From an uncultured Brevundimonas sp. (GTDB lineage: Bacteria > Pseudomonadota > Alphaproteobacteria > Caulobacterales > Caulobacteraceae), in contig CAZYFY010000005.1 of NCBI GenBank assembly GCA_964647275.1, positions 46,723 to 110,722 of the forward strand: a stretch of DNA of 64,000 bases, read 5' to 3'. The translations under genes and the position numbers were made by a program. Of the stretch, positions 58,100 through 64,000 are shown piece after piece. The number at the start of each line of letters is the position of its first letter. Within the stretch, counting starts at the first letter, position 1. The notes under the pieces were generated by a model. The model ran no database searches. It saw only the letters and a program-made list of their open reading frames with translations, and was not told where the DNA came from.

Positions 58100-58138
58100 G
58101 GGACACGCACGCATTTCGGGGAAAAGCGAGCATGTCCC
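58100..58138. repeat. REP palindrome 3, inverted relative to REP2
   Basis: GGGACACGCACGCATTTC-GGG-GAAAAGCGAGCATGTCCC. Its reverse complement begins GGGACATGCTCGC, identical to the first 13 nt of REP2. Confidence 0.8.
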
Positions 58139-58188
58139 GGGGGCCGTTTTGTTCTTGCTTTGTTCGCTCCGCCTACTATCTTTCCCCG

Positions 58189-59268
58189 ATGCCCACCAAG
58201 AGCGAGAACAAGGGACGCGGCGCGCGGTCGAATGCGACCAGCCGCTATATCGCCGACAAGCGCGAGGCCTTCGATGACGGCTGGGATGAGGCCGAGGATG
58301 CGCCCCCTCGCCTCGATACCGTCCTCATGCCCGAGCGGACGCGCAAGATCATCTCGACGAACGATAGCCCGGACATCGGCTTTGACCGCTCGATCAATCC
58401 CTACAAGGGCTGCGAGCACGGTTGCATCTATTGCTACGCCCGGCCCAACCATGCGTACCTGGGCCTCTCTCCCGGTCAGGATTTCGAGACGAAGATCTTC
58501 TTCAAGCCCGATGGCGCCCGTCTGCTTGAGGCCGAACTGTCCCGCCCGAAATACCGGCCCAAGCTGATCCACATCGGCGGCGACACCGACCCCTATCAGC
58601 CCGCCGAGCGCAAGCTGGAGATCACCCGCCAGATTCTTGAGGTCATGGACCGGTTCAACCACCCGGTCTCGATCATCACCAAGTCGAACCTGATCACCCG
58701 CGACATCGACGTGCTGGCCCGCCTGGCCGAGCGCAATCTGGCCGCCGCCTGCATCTCGATCACCACACTGGACCGCAGCCTCGCCCGCGACATGGAGCCG
58801 CGCGCCGCCACGCCGATGCGCCGCCTCGACGCCATCCGCCGTCTGTCCGACGCCGGGGTGCCGGTCATGGTCGGCTTTGCCCCCGTCATCCCCGGCCTGA
58901 ACGACCACGAGATGGAGGCGGTGCTCGAGGCCGCCGCCGAAGCCGGTGCCGATCGGGCCATGTTCGTCACTCTCAGGCTGCCTCTCGAGATCAAGGCCCT
59001 GTTCCGGGAATGGCTGGACGACGCGCGGCCCGATCGCGCCAAGCGCGTCATCTCCCTGATCCGTCAGGCGCGCGGCGGTCGTGACTATGATCCCGAATGG
59101 GGTTCGCGCATGAGGGGGACCGGACCCCTCGCCGATCTCCTGTCCCAGCGGCTCGCCAAGGCCTGCGCCCGCCTGAAGCTGAATGTCTCACGCCGCCAGC
59201 TCGACACCACCGCCTTCAAGGTTCCGCCGCGCCCCGGCGACCAGCTCGGCCTGTTCGACGCTGCCTGA
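58189..59268 (+). CDS. Radical SAM protein (PA0069/SplB-like family)
   Basis: CEHGCIYCY (CxxxCxxC). Starts MPTKSENKGRGARSN..., typical of this family. The track ORF from 57757 is a chimera with the toxin fragment. Confidence 0.8.
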   Translation: MPTKSENKGRGARSNATSRYIADKREAFDDGWDEAEDAPPRLDTVLMPERTRKIISTNDSPDIGFDRSINPYKGCEHGCIYCYARPNHAYLGLSPGQDFETKIFFKPDGARLLEAELSRPKYRPKLIHIGGDTDPYQPAERKLEITRQILEVMDRFNHPVSIITKSNLITRDIDVLARLAERNLAAACISITTLDRSLARDMEPRAATPMRRLDAIRRLSDAGVPVMVGFAPVIPGLNDHEMEAVLEAAAEAGADRAMFVTLRLPLEIKALFREWLDDARPDRAKRVISLIRQARGGRDYDPEWGSRMRGTGPLADLLSQRLAKACARLKLNVSRRQLDTTAFKVPPRPGDQLGLFDAA

Positions 59269-59271
59269 AGA

Positions 59272-60414
59272 TCAGGCCGCGTTCGCAGCTCCAACCAGAA
59301 TGTCCTCGGCGGGGCCATAGTCCAGCTTGTCCAGCAGGTAGGCCGTGTCTTCGCGCCCGGCGTGCGGGCGCTGCGTCAGGAAGCGTTCCAGCATGCGTTG
59401 CTGGAAATGATCCCGATCAAGATCGGCATCCTCGGTGACCATGTCTCGCCAGGTATCCACCCCGGCGCGGAAGGCCGGGAACAGGCGCGGCGGCAGGCCG
59501 GCGCGATCATAGATGGCCTTGAGGCCCAGCGGGCCGGCATCGTGAATCATCAACCAGGCACGGGAATGGGCCACACCCGACAGCTCCGAGATGCCGTATT
59601 CAAACAGCGGCATGACCCCCCGCGCCAGCGCCCTCAGCAGAAGCGAGGCCGTCAGCACCTTGCGCGCATTCAGCTGGGCCACGAAATCGGCCAGATCCTG
59701 GGTGGCCGACGCCTGATCGATCAGATCGACGGTGGCCCGCTCGCGGGCGCCTGTGGCCAGACGAATGGCGGTGTCTGCCGACAGGGCATGACGCGAAACC
59801 AGATGCTCACGAACCGCCTCCGAGGCCAGATTGATCAAACGCTCAGTGACCGCGACCGGCAGGACCTTGCGATAGGCCAGCGCCGTCACAACGTCTCCTT
59901 GCGGAAAACGATCAATCGAAGTCGACATGGCGCGCTCGGACAGGTCGGCATTGTCATTGGCCGCCAGCGTTCGCACCGCGTCCTCAACGCCTTCGATCGC
60001 AATGATCTCTCCCAGATCGCGCGACACGAAGGGGCGACCGGCCACAGCCGTCTGACGGGTCACGTCCCCGACTCGCAGCACCTCGATCAAATCCTCGTCC
60101 GTGAACGCCGGCGAGAAGCCGATAATCGGCAGGGCAATGGTGTCCACATCCCGCGCCAGCTTCTGAGCCACATCGCGCGGCAACAGGTCGGACGATTTCA
60201 GGGTCACCGCCAGGGCCCGACGCACAAGTTCGGCTGCATCGGCCGCCAGCACCCGCATGATCTTCTGGGCCGCTTCGCGCTCGATCGGATCCAGCTCGTT
60301 GCGGTCCATGGCCCGGCAGAGCTTGTGGGCCGCGGCCGCGCGCTCCTCATCATCCTCCGCCTTGACCAGTCGGCGGACGTCGGCATCGGTGAGGCGGGCA
60401 CGCGGCGATATCAT
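59272..60414 (-). CDS. DUF2336-like helical-repeat protein
   Basis: Repeated all-helical units (AHKLCRAM, AELVRRALAVTLKSSDLLPRDVAQKLARD...), recalled as DUF2336-type. Confidence 0.55.
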   Translation of the reverse strand: MISPRARLTDADVRRLVKAEDDEERAAAAHKLCRAMDRNELDPIEREAAQKIMRVLAADAAELVRRALAVTLKSSDLLPRDVAQKLARDVDTIALPIIGFSPAFTDEDLIEVLRVGDVTRQTAVAGRPFVSRDLGEIIAIEGVEDAVRTLAANDNADLSERAMSTSIDRFPQGDVVTALAYRKVLPVAVTERLINLASEAVREHLVSRHALSADTAIRLATGARERATVDLIDQASATQDLADFVAQLNARKVLTASLLLRALARGVMPLFEYGISELSGVAHSRAWLMIHDAGPLGLKAIYDRAGLPPRLFPAFRAGVDTWRDMVTEDADLDRDHFQQRMLERFLTQRPHAGREDTAYLLDKLDYGPAEDILVGAANAA

Positions 60415-60530
60415 GGGACGAATCCAGCTTGAACGCCCCCATCATCGACCCATCAACCCTAACGATTCTTTACCCTTTTGGGGGGCGCACGAGTAACGTG
60501 ACAGCAACGGCTTGTGCGCATGATCCCGCC

Positions 60531-62342
60531 ATGGCCGACACGCGTGCAAATTCCAGGATTGTGGTCCCCGAACGCAGCTCTCCCGATTGGGACCGTGCTG
60601 TCGGGCTGATGGGGCTCGAGGCACAGGTGCAGTTGCTGCCCTACGCCTTCGGCTTCTTTGGCATTTGCCTTCCCGTCGTGCTGATCGTCGCGAGCCATGC
60701 AACGAACGCAGCGTGGTTTGCGTCTTCACTGGCCATGTACGCCTTCAACTGGGCGGCCTTCTATGCGGTGCTGCGGTGGCGCAAAGCCAACCCGCCGACG
60801 CTGGAAAACAGCCGCCTTCATACCGGCGTTCACGTCGCCGCCGGTCTGTTGTGGGCGATAGCGTTGCTCCAGACCTCTCTCTTCGCCCAGGCCGCCGGAC
60901 CGGTCGCCGAAACGCTCCTGGTGCTGTGCGCCGGTGGTGCGGTTGGCGTGATCTTCTTTTCAGCCCCAAGCCTGCCGAGTCTCTTGATCGTCGGACCCGC
61001 CGTTGGCGTTGGCCCCATCCTCGCGCTCAAGGCCCATCCGATGACCGCCACGACCGGCATTTTCGTGTTGTGCGCCCTGGCTCTGGCCATGGCCCTGGCC
61101 CTGATCCTCAACGCTCACCTCCGCAGCCACTTTGCCCTGGCCATCGAGCGCGAAGGCCTCCTGATTGAGCGCGAGGGGGCACTGGAGACGACGCGTCGAC
61201 TGGCCAAATCCAAATCAGACATCCTGGCCACCCTGTCGCATGAGATCCGCAATGGCCTGGCCGGCATTGCCCATGTACTGGCGGCGGCCATGGGCGGCAG
61301 CCCCCGAAACCAGCCCTCGCGCGATCAACTTCAGGCCGCCCTGTCGGCCGCCCGCGACCTGGTTGAAGTCCTGGACGCGACGCTTGACTCGGAAGTGGCG
61401 GAATCCGGTCGCCTCACCGTTCAGAAGGCCCCCGTCGATGCAACGTCCATGGCCAGGGACATCGCCCTGCTCCACCGTGGATCGGCCAACTCCAAGGGAA
61501 TCGAGCTGGCCATCGAGATTGATCCGGCCCTGGCGGGCCTGTCTGGCGCTCCGGTGGGCGATACGGTTCGGGTTCGGCAGGTTCTCAGCAATCTGGTCGG
61601 CAATGCCGTCAAATATACTCAGCGCGGTCGGATCGAAATTCGAGTCTTCCGGCCTGACGACCATCATCTTCGCGTGGAGGTCGCCGACACCGGCCCCGGA
61701 CTGTCGCCCGACGAACTGACCCTCGCCTTCCAGCCTTTCGAACGCGTCGAACGGACGGGCGGCGGCGTGGCCGGAGCCGGTATTGGCCTGACCCTGTCGC
61801 GGCGCCTCGCCGAATTGATGGACGGCAGGCTCGGGGCGGAAAGCACCCCAGGCCTGGGCAGTCGCTTCTGGCTTGACCTCCTCTGGGATGCAACGGCGAC
61901 CCTTCCGGCAGAGCAACGTGAGACTGTTTCGCCAGCTCCCACCTCACTCCGCATCCTCGTGGCCGAGGATGACCCCCTGAATGCCGCCATGCTGCGCACC
62001 ATGCTGGAGCAGATGGGGCACAAGGTTCTGGCGGTTACCGATGGCCGCCGTGGACTTGATCTCCTGCGGATGGGACAGCTCGACCTGATCATGGCCGATG
62101 GACGCATGCCCGGCATGGACGGGCCCGACATGATCCGCACCCTGCGCGCCCAACCCGGCACACAGGCCAGCCTGCCGGTCATTGCCGTGACGGGGGGCGA
62201 TGCCGAAGAGGTTCAGGCCATGCTGGATGCCGGTGCCGATGTCGCCCTGCGCAAACCCATCACCGTGAGCGCCCTCGCCAGGGCCCTCGCCGACGCCGGC
62301 CAGGCGCGATCTTCGCGAAATCCACGGCGGGATGTCGCCTGA
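60531..62342 (+). CDS. Hybrid sensor histidine kinase / response regulator with polytopic membrane sensor
   Basis: About 6 TM helices, H-box LATLSHEIRNGL, N/G boxes (NLVGNAVKYT, DTGPGL, GAGIGL), and a C-terminal REC (ILVAEDD...DLIMADGRMPGMDG). Alternative TTG start at 60429. Confidence 0.85.
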   Translation: MADTRANSRIVVPERSSPDWDRAVGLMGLEAQVQLLPYAFGFFGICLPVVLIVASHATNAAWFASSLAMYAFNWAAFYAVLRWRKANPPTLENSRLHTGVHVAAGLLWAIALLQTSLFAQAAGPVAETLLVLCAGGAVGVIFFSAPSLPSLLIVGPAVGVGPILALKAHPMTATTGIFVLCALALAMALALILNAHLRSHFALAIEREGLLIEREGALETTRRLAKSKSDILATLSHEIRNGLAGIAHVLAAAMGGSPRNQPSRDQLQAALSAARDLVEVLDATLDSEVAESGRLTVQKAPVDATSMARDIALLHRGSANSKGIELAIEIDPALAGLSGAPVGDTVRVRQVLSNLVGNAVKYTQRGRIEIRVFRPDDHHLRVEVADTGPGLSPDELTLAFQPFERVERTGGGVAGAGIGLTLSRRLAELMDGRLGAESTPGLGSRFWLDLLWDATATLPAEQRETVSPAPTSLRILVAEDDPLNAAMLRTMLEQMGHKVLAVTDGRRGLDLLRMGQLDLIMADGRMPGMDGPDMIRTLRAQPGTQASLPVIAVTGGDAEEVQAMLDAGADVALRKPITVSALARALADAGQARSSRNPRRDVA

Positions 62343-62369
62343 CCTGCCCGGACCGCCTAAATAGGGGCC

Positions 62370-63152
62370 ATGCCCACAGTTCGTCTTGATGATCGCGCCC
62401 TCATGTCCGTGCAGGGGTCAGACGCGCGGTCCTTTCTGCAAGGACTGCTGACGCAGGACGTCGATAGCCTGGAGGCGGGCGAACTCCGCTACGGAGCCCT
62501 TCTCGGCCCGCAAGGACGTCTGCTGGCTGATCTCTTTCTTCTTGGCGAGCCAGAAGGCGTTCTTTTGGATTGCCAAGCGGAACAGCGCGACGCTCTGCTG
62601 CAACGATTGAGCCTGTATCGCCTCCGCGCGGATGTCCGCCTTGCCGCCGATGACCGCTCTGTCTGCGCCGCCTGGGGCACTGACATGCCCGACTGGCCTG
62701 CCGATCCCCGCCTGCCGAATCTGGGGCGACGATCCTATGGGGCGGTCGTCCCGAGCCAGGCGGCAGATGATTGGCGCAAGCGACAACTGGAACACGGCGT
62801 GCCGTCTTCCGAGGATTTCCGTCTCGACGTCGACTATCCCATCGAGTGCAACCTGGATCTCCTGAACGGGATCGCCTTCCACAAGGGCTGTTTCGTCGGC
62901 CAGGAGGTGACGTCGCGCATGAAGCGGCGTGGCAAGGTCAAGTCGCGGCTTCTTCCCGTCTCATTTGATGGGGCCGCCCCGTCCTTCGGCCAGGAGGTCC
63001 TGCGCGGTGACCTGCGTTGCGGCGAAATTCGAGGCACCTGTGAAGGGTGGGCCATGGCTCTGCTGCGTTTTGACCGTCTCGACGGCCCGCTCACCGTCGA
63101 GGGGCAACCCGTGCAGGTTCATATCCCGGACTGGCTAGACCTGGCTGGCTAG
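62370..63152 (+). CDS. ygfZ: YgfZ/CAF17 folate-binding Fe-S cluster repair protein
   Basis: GSDARSFLQGLLTQD and the signature KGCFVGQE. Confidence 0.85.
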   Translation: MPTVRLDDRALMSVQGSDARSFLQGLLTQDVDSLEAGELRYGALLGPQGRLLADLFLLGEPEGVLLDCQAEQRDALLQRLSLYRLRADVRLAADDRSVCAAWGTDMPDWPADPRLPNLGRRSYGAVVPSQAADDWRKRQLEHGVPSSEDFRLDVDYPIECNLDLLNGIAFHKGCFVGQEVTSRMKRRGKVKSRLLPVSFDGAAPSFGQEVLRGDLRCGEIRGTCEGWAMALLRFDRLDGPLTVEGQPVQVHIPDWLDLAG

Positions 63153-63932
63153 GTGATGCAGGGCGATGGCCGCTGCCGTCCCCACGTTCAGCGAATCGAA
63201 TCCAGATGTCATCGGAATCGAAAGGCGGCGACTCTTGGCCAGTATCGATGGCGACAAGCCCGGTCCTTCGGCACCGACGATGATGGCGATCGGCCCCTCC
63301 GCTCGCGCCCGCGACAAAGCCTCCTCGCCAGAAGGCGTCAGGGACCACGGCGCATAGCCATGCCGCGACAGCAGCTCGACCAAGTCTTGCCCCTGCCCCA
63401 ACCGGACCCAGGGCGTGATCAAGCTCGCCCCGACCGACACACGGATCGCCTTGCGATAGAGCGGATCACACGCGGTCGAATCCAGCACGACGGCCCGGGC
63501 TCCGAATCCGGCGGCGGCCCTGAACAGGCCTCCCATGTTGTCGTGATTGCCCACCCCGACGACGACCAGAATACGGTCCGTCGAGCCGGGATTCGCCAAC
63601 ACCTCATCCACGGTCGCCGGCGCGCCGATTCGGCCAATACCGAGGATGCCCCGGTGAATCGGAAATCCGACCACCGAATCCATCACCGCCGGACTTGCGA
63701 CGTAGACCGGCACCGGGGTTGTCTCGAATAGGTCCGCCAGCGCCGCCACACGGTTTTCGGCAATCAACACCGACTCGGCTTCGTACCGGCTACCGGCCTC
63801 CAACAGGTGGCGCAGCACCACCTCCCCCTCGGCCACGAAGCGGCCCTGCCGCCCCACCAGATCGCGTTCCCGCACAAGGGTGTAGGCCTCAATGCGGGCG
63901 TCTTGCGGGTCATTGACGGCAATCAGGGGCAT
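63135..63932 (-). CDS. TrmH/SpoU-family RNA 2'-O-methyltransferase
   Basis: C-terminal SPOUT motifs GNHDNMGGLFR, IIVGAEGPGLS, SLNVGTAAAIALH. Confidence 0.85.
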   Translation of the reverse strand: MPLIAVNDPQDARIEAYTLVRERDLVGRQGRFVAEGEVVLRHLLEAGSRYEAESVLIAENRVAALADLFETTPVPVYVASPAVMDSVVGFPIHRGILGIGRIGAPATVDEVLANPGSTDRILVVVGVGNHDNMGGLFRAAAGFGARAVVLDSTACDPLYRKAIRVSVGASLITPWVRLGQGQDLVELLSRHGYAPWSLTPSGEEALSRARAEGPIAIIVGAEGPGLSPSILAKSRRLSIPMTSGFDSLNVGTAAAIALHHLASQV

Positions 63933-64000
63933 TAATCACGCCTTAACCAAATCAGTGAGATTTGGGTAACGTCTTCTTCTCTCTTGGAGACACCCCATCA

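Noticed and set aside
57604-58908. 434-aa minus-strand ORF
   Set aside because: It is antisense to the radical-SAM gene (CxxxCxxC on the plus strand) and crosses REP3 and the 281-bp repeat.
59362-60432. 356-aa plus-strand ORF
   Set aside because: It is antisense to the DUF2336-like gene and has a Gln/Arg/His/Gly-rich composition.

Overview
GC-rich (about two-thirds G+C by eye) bacterial chromosomal window. Gene content suggests an alphaproteobacterium, possibly Caulobacterales-like; that placement is inference only. Most of it is core housekeeping: partial folD, the mreB-mreC-mreD-mrdA-rodA elongasome operon, ispB, hemB, lipA, gatCA, ruvX and ychF. It also holds a valine-catabolism cluster (acyl-CoA dehydrogenase, 3-hydroxyisobutyryl-CoA hydrolase, mmsB), a membrane PQQ dehydrogenase, orphan motB, bpt and a hybrid histidine kinase. 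A SAM-I (S-box) riboswitch precedes a metX / PLP-enzyme / ACT-less hom operon. I found no rRNA, tRNA, CRISPR array, prophage or integrase. The accessory region worth a second look is 54.3-58.2 kb, between ychF and a radical-SAM gene. It contains a REP-associated tyrosine transposase (RAYT) flanked by REP palindromes. A third REP copy lies inverted 2.9 kb away. Between the REPs sit a 5'-truncated polymorphic-toxin gene with an intact C-terminal toxin-like module, an ATGA-coupled low-GC immunity-like gene, a 281-bp dispersed element with a second copy at 45.2 kb, and a YD-repeat/LysM toxin fragment that runs in frame into the radical-SAM ORF. Smaller oddities: a CTAG-rich hairpin/tandem repeat that supplies the lipA C-terminal codons; a lower-GC islet of two secreted unknowns; and an orphan gene, a PLD-family gene and an internally duplicated methyltransferase lipoprotein inside the valine-catabolism cluster. 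Many long ORFs in the track are antisense shadows typical of high-GC DNA and were rejected. All family assignments come from reading motifs in the translations; no searches were run.
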